Assembly: GCA_040954595.2 (NCBI GenBank)
Contig: CM082578.2
Span: forward strand, 3,144,831 to 3,208,830
Origin: Balanoglossus misakiensis
Taxonomy: Eukaryota; Animalia; Hemichordata
DNA length: 64,000 nt
Direction: 5' to 3'
Shown: positions 37,401 through 50,632 of the stretch, in pieces
Numbering within the stretch: the stretch's first letter is position 1
How the letters are laid out: each line of letters begins with the position of its first letter
Position numbers and translations under genes: made by a program
Notes under the pieces: generated by a model
The model's database searches: none
What the model saw: only the letters and a program-made list of their open reading frames with translations
What the model was told of the DNA's origin: nothing

Positions 37401-40164
37401 AAAATACACCTCTGTGATTTTCACACCATTTAAAACGCACAGGTTTTGTGGCGTTGACCACGTATTCACCGTCTTCTTGTTCGACACGTCTTGACTCTAT
37501 ACCGGTAAATTTACATGGCAACGGCATGTGATCTGATTCGGTGCGAGAAAGTATTTTAAAATCAACCAACGAGTCGAACAATGCAGTCGGTAGAATGACG
37601 TAATCAACTACACTTGCACCGGCATGTGAAATACTGGTAGAACTGCCATCACTGTCTCCACCTGCTCGACCGTTTACAATATGAATACCTGCTCGTTTAC
37701 ATATGTCAATCAACACTCTTCCTGCATGTGTTACAACTGCATCTCTGGACTGCCGTCGTGTACAAAATGTGTCTGAAACATAATCTAAATTAAGCACTGG
37801 AACATGAATGGTTATGTCGCTGGTAATGAAATCACCAAGGTGGCCTGTTCTTGCATTAAAATCTCCTGTCAGAATAATTGGCTTTTCGGCATCTGTAGAG
37901 CACACATTGATTAAAACTCGTCCAGCTTCTCAATCTAAGCAGAGGGATTTTCTGGACGAAAATAGCAACAACCAAGAATAACTTTTTTCCATAGAAAACA
38001 TAGGCAACGGAAGCTCAAGAAAAACACAATTTTTCACGTCACAATAAATTTGGGAAAAAATTCTAATACATTTGCTGACATAAATAGCCACACCACCACT
38101 TGCTCTACCTCTATTCGAAAATTTTACAGCTGGGAAAGAAAATGTGTTGTAGTTGGAAAGAAAATTTACATCGTCATCCTTCAAGCAAAATGTTTCAACA
38201 AGACAAATTATATCATATGTTTGACAGAGTGATACGAAATCAGGATTGCATAAATTTCTTTTTAATCCTCGAATATTCCACGTTAGTAATGAAAGGTCAT
38301 TTCAGAATGGCAACTCAGGCCTTGGCCACACCCCTATTTCGCCTTATCAAACTTTGATGTGCGTTCGACGATTTGATTTTCTTCATTCACAATGAACGTA
38401 CGCTTACCGTCCGAACCCTTGACAATCAGTTTATCACATTGAAGGTGCGCTTTCAGCTCGCAATCATCAGCTATGAGAGAATGGCGATAACCCCATAACT
38501 TGGACCGAATAGCTCACATTCTTCTTGTGAAGTCTTCGCTGATAGTAATACCACTACCCTTCAACTTGAACGCGTAGCGGAGAACACTTTCCTTGTCTTT
38601 GTAACAAGCGAAACTTGCAACGATAGGTTTGCAGTCGCGGACAGGTGGCGCGTTATGAATGCGGTGTACTCGTTCAAAGTCAATTTTGCCACGTTGCTCG
38701 AGTTGATTTTCTAAAATATTCCCTACCTTTACTTCCGGATCTTCCCCACTTTCGTTGGCTTGATCTTGAAGAATACCAAAGAAAATCAGGTTGCTCCTCC
38801 TACTGCTATTTTCAAGGTCGTCTTTCTCTCTTTTGATATCGTTGATAGATTTCTTCATGTCTTCAATTGTCGATTAGAGAGAGCGGGCTAAATTGTCACC
38901 ATGTTCCTCCGACTTGTCGGCACTACAATCACGGAAGTCGGTGTAAGTTTTCAGTTTTTCAAGCTCCGTGATTCTTTCCGCCTCTTCTTGAAGATGCACC
39001 TATAGATCATTTATGTCTTCTTCAGTATTGTCGACTCGGGATTGTAGTAGTCCGAAATTGTTTTTCATATCCTTCGTATCATTTAAACTCGCACCTATAG
39101 CTTCTCATGAAGCGCAGAAATATCTTCTTTTGTGGCAAGACCTAAAGCACCGCGTGTTTGGAGTCCCGGATTCCGTTCCACACTGCCTGCTGTGACTAAA
39201 ACTGCCACGAGACATACCTTGATGCCCAATGACATGTGGCCGTTGATTAGCGGTATGCACAAGCCATCTTTGGTCACTTCGAGAAGGCGCACCACCAGCT
39301 AAACTTCCAATTTTCATTCTATACATTTCTAGTTCTGCCCCCATCCTGCACCATAAGCCTCTCTAAGTCTTTAACTTTCCTCTTGTGTGTCTTTGAGGAT
39401 TTCAGCATCAATCAAAGTGCGATAATATCGGGTTGGTGCGGAGCGCCAGATTTGACGTCTTTACAGTGTGACTGCTTACGTAATTCCCCTCTGGTTTGTA
39501 TGGTCATATTACGTAATGTAGCTGTTCAGAAAACCGTAGTACGAGTCAAAACCACGATAAAATGGTAAATAGGCTTTCTTGCACATTCCTAAATGCCACC
39601 TAGAAATGTGATAAACAGGAGAGGTAACACTCGAATTACTGCATGTACATTTGTCTGTCACCTTCCTGCAGCGGCCAATCGTATGTCACCATCAATTTTG
39701 GTTCTGGTAGGCACCCATGACGGTGCACCATTGACTATAGCTTCCCGGGGATGAATATGTCACATTTAACTGACATACTTCCTTTCCTATCATGTGAGTA
39801 TTGTAGCCCAGTGGTTTGAGTGCCTGTGGCAGAAGAGTCAAGTCGGTAAGGAGAGAGTTGGGAGATAACCGTTGAATAACGTGGTGCTAAGGAATAAAGC
39901 AATTTAAATGTCACCAAGGCTTTCATTTTTTCGGAGCTCTTGTGAAATGAAAATGACACAAATCTCGCAGTTTCGTGTTAATAATGTAAGCTTATATACA
40001 CACCTCATCATTATGTAAACTCAGAAATGTTGTTATTTTCGTTGAGAATAGCAGTTCTATGGGCATTCGCGAATGCAATTATCATTTCCGATGACATAGT
40101 CCCCGCCGGGTTATTACCAAAGTACAGGCTGAACGCACAGAAGCCTCTGTGACCACGTCTACTT

Positions 40165-43100
40165 TTTCATTTTTATAACTTTTTTATTGCAGTCAAAAAC
40201 ACAGTGATAAGTACAGATACAGAAACAATAGAAACAATATCGCTGGAAAAAATGTAACATTTTTGTATTCCTTTACAATACCGGTCAGTCAAAAATATGT
40301 CTAAAGTCTTCCCACTTCTTTACATGTTTATCTAGTTTTCCAGTATGTTTGGCTATAAATAACTCTACCTTATATATGCCATGAAGAAAAGATTTATAAT
40401 GAAAGAAATATGGTATTTTTATCACATCTACAAATGTAAATAAATCTCTTAGCAGTCAAAACGAGAAAGTTACATAACAAAAATGGAGTAGAGAAGAGAG
40501 TTTGTTCAGCAGTCATCGAATGGAAGGAAAGGATACAAAAATATCTTCCACAGGAATTGAAAAATCTATGCCAAAATCCAATAACAAACTCACAGTTATA
40601 AAACAAATGTAAGATAGTCTCGTCATCCTTTTTGCAAAATGTACATACTGAGGAAGGAGCCACCTCAGGCTTCATCTTATTTAAATAGTAATTTGTCATG
40701 AGGATATTATGGGTCAACTTCCACTGGAATTCTCTAATTTTGACTTCTAAGGTAAGTTTAGATGGGAGTTTGTAAATATTTTTCCATGTCAGAATATTTG
40801 TATTCAATACATGGTCAAAATAAATTTGTGCTTTAGGGGGAATAAAGGATTTTGAAATAATCAGAGGGGTGATGATTTTTGTTTTACATTCTTTCAAACT
40901 ATAATTAGTATCATCTATACCAACACTGATTTCCTCTTCTTGATTTTCTAAATTAAAATTTGACATATCAACATTTTCTGGAAATTCTTTTGGAAGAGCA
41001 TAAATAATACTACGCCATCTAATGAAAGCATAATGGGTAATTCTAGTTGACACATTATCCCAGTTAAGAACTTTCCCATTTCCAACAAATAAACTCCCAA
41101 CATAGAAAAAACCAGCATCACAGAGTTCATTATAGAAAACACTCTTACCCCCTATTAAAATGTGGCTATTATTCCAAATACTCTGGTTCAAAAGATGCTT
41201 ATTTGAATAAAACTTTGTATTTAACTCCCTCCATGTCTTTAACATACTCAGTTCAAAGTCTGACAGAGTGACATTTAAATATTTCAAATCATAATTACAT
41301 TTTAAAAGTACCTTAATACCACCTACTGACTTGAGTTTCTTTGTCAAAAATAATTTCCATGGGTGAGAAACTTCATCATCAAAATATCTACGGAGCCAAT
41401 TAATTCTCTGTGCTTTATAAATTGTATAAATATCAGGCATACCTTGTCACGATTGAGTTTTAACGATCATAGATCTTGTTTATGATTAAGTAAGAAGTCA
41501 TTCACTTGTATGGTTTTAGTCCAGTATTGACATAGGTACTTGACCCAGAGTAAACAAGATTGTGTAATTGATACATGTCAGAAGGAGATAGAGATATCAC
41601 GCGCTAAGTTAATGTTTAAGAAATATTAAGATGACGTGTTCCTTTTATGACTTAATACTTGACTAACGTATTAATAAGGTGTGGTGAAATTTGAAATCAC
41701 ATTATTATAACGGGAGATCCGTGATGGGAGTCAACGAACATGGATCGAGTCGTGTAATTCTTACGTGTGACCAGTAATAAACCAGAACTTTGTGTTACTC
41801 GGAAAACTTGTTGCAAGTCTCTGTCTACGAAAGGTTTACGATCTGCCGGGTACCTCTCTCGGACTTTATGAATATGTTGGGTGGAGATGGAGATGGAGAG
41901 AATTTACGCTCCCAACCTTCGGACGTGGCTGATTCCCCACAGAAGCGTCCGAAGGAGGTGAGCGTCCGAAGGACGGCGGGCGGGCGTAATAATAACATGG
42001 TGGAGAATCCGGGTAGGCAGAGATGTTGCAACTGATTCCTGAACCGAGAAAGAAGTAAGAAGAGAAAAAGCTGGCGAAACTGACGATCCAATGGTCTGCT
42101 TCAGAAGGAAACGAGAACAGAAAAAAGGTTGGTGCTGACTGTTGACTGGATGGAATGCGTGGACGGGTTTTCAACGATGGATCTGTTGTTTGATCAGAGG
42201 GGCGTCGTATCCAGAAGCATGTAGTTGAAGCAGTTCTGGCGACGAAGAAAAGAGGTCTCGTGGAATGAAGAAGGGAAGACTCTTGAATCGTCTGCTATCG
42301 CAAAAGAACTGTGATAGAATGACATTGAACTGAATAATCAGCCTTTTTAATCTATAGCTTGGGAGATTTGATCATTGAAATATTGCGTGATCGTATTTTC
42401 TTTGAGTACTCTGATGACGTGAGTTGACTGACCGTTATTAACCGCTTTTGATTTGATATTGTTTTCTTTCTAATAGTTTTTGCCTTGTTTTCGACATTGT
42501 AAATGTGTATTCTTTTGTTGAAGTGATGCCGTGAAGTGTAGTGAAGTTTTATAGGTTTTTGAGGAGTTGTTGAAGTTTTTGTGATGACCGCAAGAGAGAC
42601 GGTCTGGTGATGAAGTCGTGATGTTTTACTGACCGCAAGGGAGACGGTCTGGCGTATGAAAATGGCCCTTTGAGTTGGCATGTGAGTTCATACGAGGGAC
42701 AAGAGAGAAGTCCCAGAGTGTAGTTAAAGTTAAGCGTGATTTTATTGTAGTCTTACGCATCCTTTCACATAAGAATTCGTTTCCATTGTCGTGGTTATTT
42801 TTGAACGTGACAGTATGATGAAGTGTATTATGTTTGTACGAAAGAACTATCAGACTTGATTTTTTTACGCGGTTATTGACTGTTGAATTTTGCACTGGAA
42901 AAGAGACACTCTTTGACGAGAAGTCAGAACAGTGAAGTCGTTTTGAATTTTGACATTGAAAACGTTTTATGCGATTTTCTTCAATTTGTTTGAACAGGCT
43001 GTGATATTTTAAAGGTGATTATTGAGTTTGATTTTGACGTAGTGTATTTGAAACCGATAGCGCAGACCTGATTTTCGTTTTCATTCTTTCTTTGATCGAA

Positions 43101-45054
43101 CGTGGAAGTTCGATTATTGGAAAAGTGGGAAGTGTCACGATTGAGTTTTAACGATCATAGATCTTGTTTATGATTAAGTAAGAAGTCATTCACTTGTATG
43201 GTTTTAGTCCAGTATTGACATAGGTACTTGACCCAGAGTAAACAAGATTGTGTAATTGATACATGTCAGAAGGAGATAGAGATATCACGCGCTAAGTTCA
43301 TGTTTAAGAAATATTAAGATGACGTGTTCCTTTTACGACTTAATACTTGACTAACGTATTAATAAGGTGTGGTGAAATTTGAAATCACATTATTATAACG
43401 GGAGATCCGTGATGGGAGTCAACGAACATGGATCGAGTCGTGTAATTCTTACGTGTGACCAGTAATAAACCAGAACTTTGTGTTACTCGAAAACTTGTTG
43501 CAAGTCTCTGTCTACGAAAGGTTTATGATCTGCCGGGTACCTCTCTTGGACTTTATGAATATGTTGGGTGGAGATGGAGATGGAGAGAATTTACGCTCCC
43601 AACCCTCGGACGTGGCTGATTCCCCACAGAAGCGTCCGAAGGAGGTGAGCCTCCGAAGGCCGGCGGGCGGGCGTAATAATAACACTAGGCCACAATCCTT
43701 TAGACTACCAAATACAGTTTTTCTGGCAATCTTGTCTGGCCCTTTCCATATAAAACAAAATTGAAGCTTATTCATATATTTCAGATGGTCAACATGAGGT
43801 TCCGTCAAGTTAAGAATGTATAATAACCTAGAAATACCCAAACTCTTAATAATTTGCACCCTCCCTAACTGAGTTAAATCCCTCATCTTCCAAAATTTAA
43901 GACAATTATTCAAATTTTCTGTGGGTTTTACCATGTTCAGACGGGCTGCATTACTTTTATCGTAGGAGGTATAGATACCCACTATTTTAATTTTGCCATC
44001 AGGCCACTTCACTCCTAATGATTTTGAATTGCACTTGCGTTTTTTTCCTAACCACAGAGCCTCACATTTACCACCGTTAACTGTTAAACCAGAAATATAC
44101 TTAAAATCCTTTAGAAGATCGAAAAGATTATTGGCTGAAGTAACATCACTTAAAAAACATGTTAGATCATCAGCCTAGGAAGCATTTTTTAATTCAAAAT
44201 CTCCAACCTTAATGCATTTTATATCTCCCTCAGCCCTCAATGCGATAAGAAAAATCTCTAAAGCAAGTATAAATAACAAAGGAGATATTGGATCACCTTG
44301 TCTTACTCCCCGAGAGAGAAGAAAATATCCTGTACTAAAATCACTATTCATCACACAACTTGAAATATTGGTATACAAAACTTCAATCCAATGAATAAAA
44401 TTTTGGCCAAAGTTGAAGGCTTTTAAAGCATTCAAAAGAAAAGACCATTCCAACTTATCAAAAGCTTTTTCAAAATCGATTGTTAACAAAATCTCAGGGA
44501 TATCTTTGTCTGCTGTATAATATAAAATGAAGAATGTATAAAAACCTCTTCATTGCGCAATGTACCGAGGGAAGTTTTGTTTTCAGCACATGTAGTGGCA
44601 GTGAACTCTAACGACTGTTCCAAATCATTATGTTTCTTTTCCACTAGTTACACACGATTAATCATACTTGTGATTTCCTGGAAACCTTTATCCATTTTCT
44701 TAGCAATTTTACCAATCAGCTGGTGCAGCGTCGCCAATGAAATATCACCAGAAATAGTCTGTTCAGAGTCTGACTCTACCGCTGCATGGTCTGACGATAT
44801 GCTGACGTCGCCGCCGGCCATATTGGACATGTAGTCACTGATCTTTCCTGAAACAGACTTACTTCCTTGATTTCTCCTTCCACTACTTCGCTGACTCATG
44901 ATATTATTCTCTAGCCTGGATACACGGGCGTTATAAATACCAATCTGGTGTATAACAAACTTCTACCTTTAAGAGACGAGGCAATAACTACGAATTTTAC
45001 GGGAGCTGGTACGGCAACACACCATTACTGAATGACTGACATCACGTGACCTGG
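40165..45054 (-). mobile_element. L1/Tx1-clade LINE with a large internal deletion, in an arylsulfatase intron
   Basis: ORF1 start at 44899. RT (IDFEKAFD, GVRQGDPISP, ADD) at 44175-44489. C-terminus SIWNN...CTFCKKDDETILHLFYNC at 40394-41440. A-rich tail and a 12-bp TSD ccacgtctactt (40153-40164, 45055-45066). Confidence 0.88.
41445..43684 (+). mobile_element. Non-autonomous LTR retrotransposon (2.24 kb) inserted in L1 ORF2
   Basis: LTRs at 41445-41997 and 43133-43684 (TG...CA), tRNA-Ala-like PBS TGGTGGAGAATCCGGG, PPT GGAAAAGTGGGAAG, and a 1.1-kb internal region with no gag/pol motifs. Confidence 0.92.
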
Positions 45055-47304
45055 CCACGTCTACTTAACTCTAGCATCCTTGATTCTTTACCTGCATTCC
45101 TTTTCTGAAGGGATAATACCCACTCATCAGAGATGAACGACTCCTAAAGAGCGAAACAAATCAAATCAACGCAAAATGATAACTCCCATTTGCCAGGCGC
45201 GGAATTTCAGCTGGAAATGGATTAACGTAAAATAGCAGTCTGTTACACTGACATTTACAAAAAAACATTCTGTATATATGTTCAAACATTCATCTGATCT
45301 ATCAGACAAATCTCTCTAATGGGAAAATGTTTGCCATATCTGTGTTGGTTAGGGAATGGTTTACCGCGCGTTCATGCTGACACGCCCACTGTGGTTAACT
45401 TCTAAAAAGTCACGCGTCAACTTCACACATCTGAGCAGCAAAACTGCCTCCATCTAATTGACACGATCGTGAGTGTCGTTGAAAGACACCGCAATCTGTA
45501 GAAATGAACCACTGTTTAGGTCAGTACGTTTCGTCTTACGGAGAACAATGTGGTTGAGCGTATGCTTGATTGAAGATAACGCCCTTGGAGGCGAGCATGT
45601 CCATGTTCGGTGTACACATTTCCGGATTATGGTAACCGACGTCGTACCAACCTGAAAGCAGGGAAGTACAGGTACTTAATGATGAGTAAATTTGATATTG
45701 TTGTTGTTGTTGTTTGTAATCAGATTCACTAAACGACCGATCAGTACACAAGCAGTGGCAAAATGACTGGAACTGACAAATTTATGAATAATGCAAGATT
45801 TTAACTTTTATTCATCTTTGTCCAGAAATGAATCTGACAAACCATTACTTAGGAGCTTGGTCATTAACTGTGTCTCGCGAGAACAATTGCGTAGCGTGTG
45901 CGATGAATTTTAAATTTTATCACATACTCACCTAAATCATCCGCTAGGAAGAATATAATATGAGGTAGTTTCCGTGCTGGAGTTCATGACCTTGATGCAT
46001 CATAATGGAAACGCATAGCCCTGAAGCTGACGGGTTTTTTTCAGGCAGGCTGCGTTGAGCGTACTTGCGCCTGAAATCGCCGGGGAAAATGTGGACTTGC
46101 ATGCATTTGAAGCAATCAGAACGGTGTCAGGTGAATAATGACAGGGTTCTAATGAAAATATCACAAAACGTGCGCGAATATATTAGCGCAGCTGACCACC
46201 ATCGTAGTCTGTACTATAGAGCTGTTCGAGAGATCAAATGTACAGAAACATGCTTGCCGATGACGTAAATATCCTCGACCTGTGAACAAAAAGCTTACTT
46301 AGGAAACCAACAAATCTGATTCATACCTGCGGAATACATTGAGTCGCCATGAGTCCCTGCGGAAATCGAACCAAGCGCTGATGTTATTCGCGTTCACCTA
46401 TAGGGTCAGCGTGGTCAATGAACCACAAATGCAGGTTTAATACACATCTTGAACGTCATATCGCATCAGAAGGCGTAGACCCAGAATGAGTAATGCATGT
46501 AAAAGGAACAAAGTAGTTTATACTTCTATTCTTTGATTAACTGTGTAGATATACATTGCTATATTTTCTGATTATGCCGGTCATAAGGTGGGCCCAAACT
46601 AAGGAAAACAGGCTGTTTGCATGTCTGAAACTTTTTTCTTACTAACAATCTGGTCCGGGTATTTGAACTGCAGACATACACCTTCAGCCATCAGCGACCA
46701 CATGCTTTCGCTGGCGATGCTTGACATGCAATTTATGAGAAAAAATACGAATGTCAATAACGGATTATGGTCCGTGGCTAATTGCGGCCAAGTGAAATCC
46801 CTATCTATAATCCAGACCAACCGATTCCTTATTTGACGTTGTTTCCGTCTGTCTCGAATACCGAACCACTATAACGTATTCACTTTCTAAAATATCGAGT
46901 GAATCTACAAGTTGGCATTTGGGTGTTGATATTGTATTTCGTTTTTCGATTTTCGAAAATCGAAATACAAATAGGGTTTCACAGTTCTGCCAATTGTGTG
47001 TTCTTTTACTTGAAAGTTAGGGAGCTAGCTATTAACCATTGCTACATTGTTACAATTTGTTCTCTTTTGAGGGAAAACACCCGACGCGACGTTCTTTTTG
47101 GCCCAATACACATGTACATCTTCAACCAAATACATTGACGACGCATCAAACACATTTCCCGACAACATGTTCAGTTTCACTTGGCCGCAATTAGCCACGG
47201 ACCTGTGCGGCAGCCGGGATGGGATATCCGACTGCGGTGCAGCTCATTGAAGTGGCATGGAGAGGGTCATGTTGGGAGCGGTGCAGCTGGCCGGTGGTTC
47301 GGCA

Positions 47305-47530
47305 AGAACCCATCAGGAGGAACCCAGTCTGTTCAAGCTTAAATGTCCCGGTCAGACTGTAACTATGCGCTTCGTAGAGCAGCGTTCGACATGCTAAACA
47401 ACTCTCGTCGCCCGTGCTCGAGTCCTCACACGTCTCTCTCAACACACACTACTTTTAGAGATATCGCGTCGTGGGCATCAAAGGCATACGGTGTTGCTAG
47501 TTCGGCGCTTGTTGCAGCTATTTTGAATTC
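47305..47530. repeat. Solo arm of the foldback element at 55149-56226
   Basis: gaacccagtctgttcaagcttaaatgtcccgg...ttgttgcagctattttgaatt matches 55939-56226. Confidence 0.8.
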
Positions 47531-47998
47531 TGTAGTAATTTATATCCAATATGACCGCGGGATATTGTGACCAAACAATTACTAGCGATGAAAGAATGTA
47601 ATCACAATGTTTTAGAGGGCGCACTAACATGGGGAGACGAATTTATTTAATTTGCAGGCGAGGAGAACTGACTTCATGTTTCTATTTGTATAGTAAGCAG
47701 AGTTATTTGTTTTAGTTTTCTTGACAGAATTAATAATTTATATAAAAAGGTACATTATCTAAATGTTACCCATATATGAGTAGACAAACATTTATTAAAT
47801 TCAATTCGTATTCGAACACTACCTAATTAATGTCGTCGCAGGCTATGTAAGCTTACAAGCTTGCAGAAGCAAGACTCAATGCACCGTCTTCAAATTTACA
47901 TTTTTGTGTGCGGTGATATATCTATTTCAAACAGGGCTGCAACTCTGTTGAATGTTATTAAAAACATTTCTTACCCGTTAGGCGTAAAACGACATAAT

Positions 47999-49078
47999 AG
48001 AGAGGTTTAGTTACACGTAAATACGCGTACGTCTGACGACAGGCAGTAGCGTTCGTGTATGCGTAGCGACGCATGAATTTTGCGGTTTAGTTGTCCGTTT
48101 TGAATAACAAAAATATTTAAAAACAATAGAAAATTCAAATATTTTTCACTTAAATAAATTTTGTGTGTAATGAATATTCTCTAAGATCACCACCCTTGCA
48201 ATAAGTTTCTTGACTGCAGTGGAAATATGGTTTAGTGAAGTTTTCCGATGTCCTTGTCGAGGCGTCCACTGAAAACTTAGCATGGGAATAATTTTTTGTG
48301 TTATGTTATGAAAACATCAAATACCGCCGGTTTTAGCACATATGGCAGAATTTTTGTTTAGATAACATGGATGCGGGCTACATCACAATTGCACTTAAGA
48401 GAATAATCGCTCAAATTAAAGAGAGAATATCGAGAAATTACGTGTAACTAAACCTCTCTAATAGAGAGGTTTAGTTACACATAAATATGTTCGATCAGTA
48501 CGCGTAGCGTCGTTGTCACGTGATAAGCAGACGTCGCGTACGTGTAGAGCAGACGTTCGGAACGGCAAGCGACGCTTCTACGCGTAATCATGTTAACGTG
48601 TAATATTTTTTGGAATTTCTCGATATTCTCCCTTAATTTGAGCGATTATTCTCTCTTATTTGCTGTTTTAAAAATATGAACACAAAAAATTATTCCCATG
48701 CTTAGTTTTCAGTGGACGCCTCGCGAGATAAAGACATCGGAAAACTTCACTAAACTATATTTCCACTGTAGTCAAGAAACTTATTGCAAGGGTGGTGATG
48801 TTAGAGAGTATTCATCACACACAAAATTTATTTAAGTGAAAAATATTTGAATTTTCTATTGTTTTTAAATATTTCTGTTATTCAAAACGGACAACTAAAC
48901 CGCAAAATTCATGCGTCGCTACACATACGCGAACGCCACTGCCTGCCGTCAGACGTACGCGTATTTACGTGTAACTAAACCTCTCGAATGGTGGCATTAG
49001 ACGTAAACTTCGTCTGCAAGTCACGTGACGATGACATTTCGGGTAGTGATTTGACGTTTTTTGTAACTAAACCTCTCC
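47999..49078. mobile_element. Cluster of ISL2EU/Harbinger-like MITEs: two units in inverted orientation plus a partial third
   Basis: TIR agagaggtttagttacac. Units at 47999-48459 and 48463-48986 are largely reverse complements of each other, and a further TIR copy ends at 49078. Confidence 0.75.
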
Positions 49079-49409
49079 ATAAAAAGGAAAAAGGGCGCTG
49101 AACGCCTGTATAATTATTTTGAGCTGTTTTAAAACTCAATAGTTTACCTGGCCACCTTACACAAGAGTTTACTCCGATTTGAATTATTGTAGAAATATCC
49201 AATCGGATTTGCCCCCCCCCCCATGCTTTAACCAATGACCAGCTAGTGACGTCAGCGCAATTTCAATATCAGCATATATATACCCGTTGATAGGATAATA
49301 TACAGAGGAATGTATTGTAGCAAGCATGTTTTACAATCCATATTCCTGTGTCTGAGTGTTAAACTTGACCAAAAAGGGCCATTAACGGGGGGGGGGGGGG
49401 GAGTGTGAA

Positions 49410-49686
49410 TGTCAGTTTCTGCCCACTAGATGGCGCTGTCTTTTGGGATCCATATTGGAAAATGTCCGCCATGGGTCAATGGATAACTGTACCAAATTTC
49501 AAGCTTTTAACCGGAAGTGCACAATTTTAAAGTATGATGTCTGTTTCTGGCCACTAGAGGGCGCTGCCATTTGGATCCATATCAGAAAATGGCCGCCATG
49601 GGTCAATGCATAACTGTACCAAGTTCCATGCTTTTAACCCAAAGTGCACAATTCTGCCAACATTTGGGGTTTAGCTCCTGCACTAA
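49410..49686. repeat. Two-unit ~128-bp tandem repeat (Helentron/DINE-like possible), each unit with a CTCF-like motif
   Basis: Units contain gcccactagatggcgctg (49421) and ggccactagagggcgctg (49549). Confidence 0.6.
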
Positions 49687-49869
49687 GGAGAATCAACTAC
49701 ATATGTTGGTCTGCAAAAACGCTGAAATAGATGTCAAGTAGGTACAATTTGCCACAACTGTGAAGGCATCTATTACATCCGACAAAATAGTAGACGATTT
49801 TAGGGGAAATGTCGATGTCAATGCCGGACAGGTAAGATTTCATTGACCAGCAAGCACGCCCGACACTAA

Positions 49870-50632
49870 GGCTGCATTCACAAACACCTCTGGAGGGGGG
49901 GGGGAAGAATTCAATTTTTATTACCGTTAATTTTCACATGCCCCCCTCAACAACCCGAAATATTTTCAAATCCCCCCTTCCGAACTGCTAAAATTTTCAA
50001 ATCCCCCCCATTTTCTTTCACACAGCAAAACACATCACCTATCTATCTTGAAAAGAAATTGAAACTGATGTTTCCCCGTATCAGTGGGTATTAAAACATT
50101 GTTTCTATTTTGTAAGTATTTTGTATTCTGTGTTGGGAGACATTGTAAACCGAGAAGTGAAGGGGGTGGGTTTGGGAGGGGGTTTCCCCCTGCCACGTAA
50201 GAAAATTTTACAAAATACAGAGTTCAAAACTGCATTTTAATGAACCCAAAAGCAAATTAACTGAACTACCGGTATGTTGGGGAGGACAAATTTAACCTTC
50301 GGCGCTCAAAGTTAGCATGGGGGGGGGGGGGCAAATCCCCTGACTTGGGACACTAGATAAACCAGTCAATGATTTAAAGGTGTTGATGAATGACGGGGGT
50401 GGGGGTGGGAGAGGGTGTCCCCCTCCCACATGAGAAAAAATTGTATTATGAAGGGTTCAAAACTGCATTTTTGTGGACTCAAAAAAATATTTAGTCCTCA
50501 AAGTTTTCAAGTCCCCCCCCCCTTACAGTCCCTAAATTATTTCAAATCCCCCCTTACATACCCTCAATTTTTTCAAATCCCCCCCTCAATTCTCCTGCCC
50601 CCCCCCCTCCAGAGGTGTTTGTGAATGCAGCC
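49870..50632. mobile_element. PIF/Harbinger-type MITE
   Basis: TIR ggctgcattcacaaacacctctggaggggggg / ccccccctccagaggtgtttgtgaatgcagcc, TAA TSD, many G/C runs inside. Confidence 0.85.

Larger units (their letters stand above)
28630..39460 (-). mobile_element. Decayed near-full-length APE-type LINE (RTE-X-like), interrupted at 29303/35494
   Basis: ORF1 fragments at 38370-39344 (SRRSNLIFFGI, FERVHR, ISEDF). APE (GDFNART, VDY, SDH) at 37207-38230. RT (KSPGVDG, FVDFSKAF, GVRQGCMLSP, YADD) at 35582-36839. C-terminal ERFCEIC...DEFHFLLECPAY at 28769-29086. The reading continues across the insertion as ...VTTI|KHVLYSYGFG. Confidence 0.85.
39480..45980 (-). pseudogene. Arylsulfatase (ARSB/ARSI/ARSJ-like) pseudogene; exons ~45980-45932, 45651-45540, 45143-45092, 39886-39783, 39599-39480
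   Basis: Splices in phase to PHIIFFLADDLG-WYDVGYHN...CTPNMD...YAQPHCSP-SRSSLMSGYYP...-...[21 protein letters not shown]...RGFDSYYG, containing the CxPxR formylglycine motif and GKWHLG. Lesions are a GG donor at 39782, an in-frame TAA in exon 5 and an in-frame TGA just upstream of the first motif. Confidence 0.85.

Noticed and set aside
42409-42440. ctgatgac inside the non-autonomous LTR element (retrozyme possibility)
   Set aside because: There is no GAAA box or stem II at the right spacing.
45120-45135. CTGATGAG hammerhead-like box on the minus strand
   Set aside because: It lies in an arylsulfatase exon (LMSG) and has no stem II or GAAA.
45981-45990. In-frame TGA upstream of the sulfatase motif read as selenocysteine
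   Set aside because: The position is not conserved and the gene has other disabling lesions, so simple decay is more likely.
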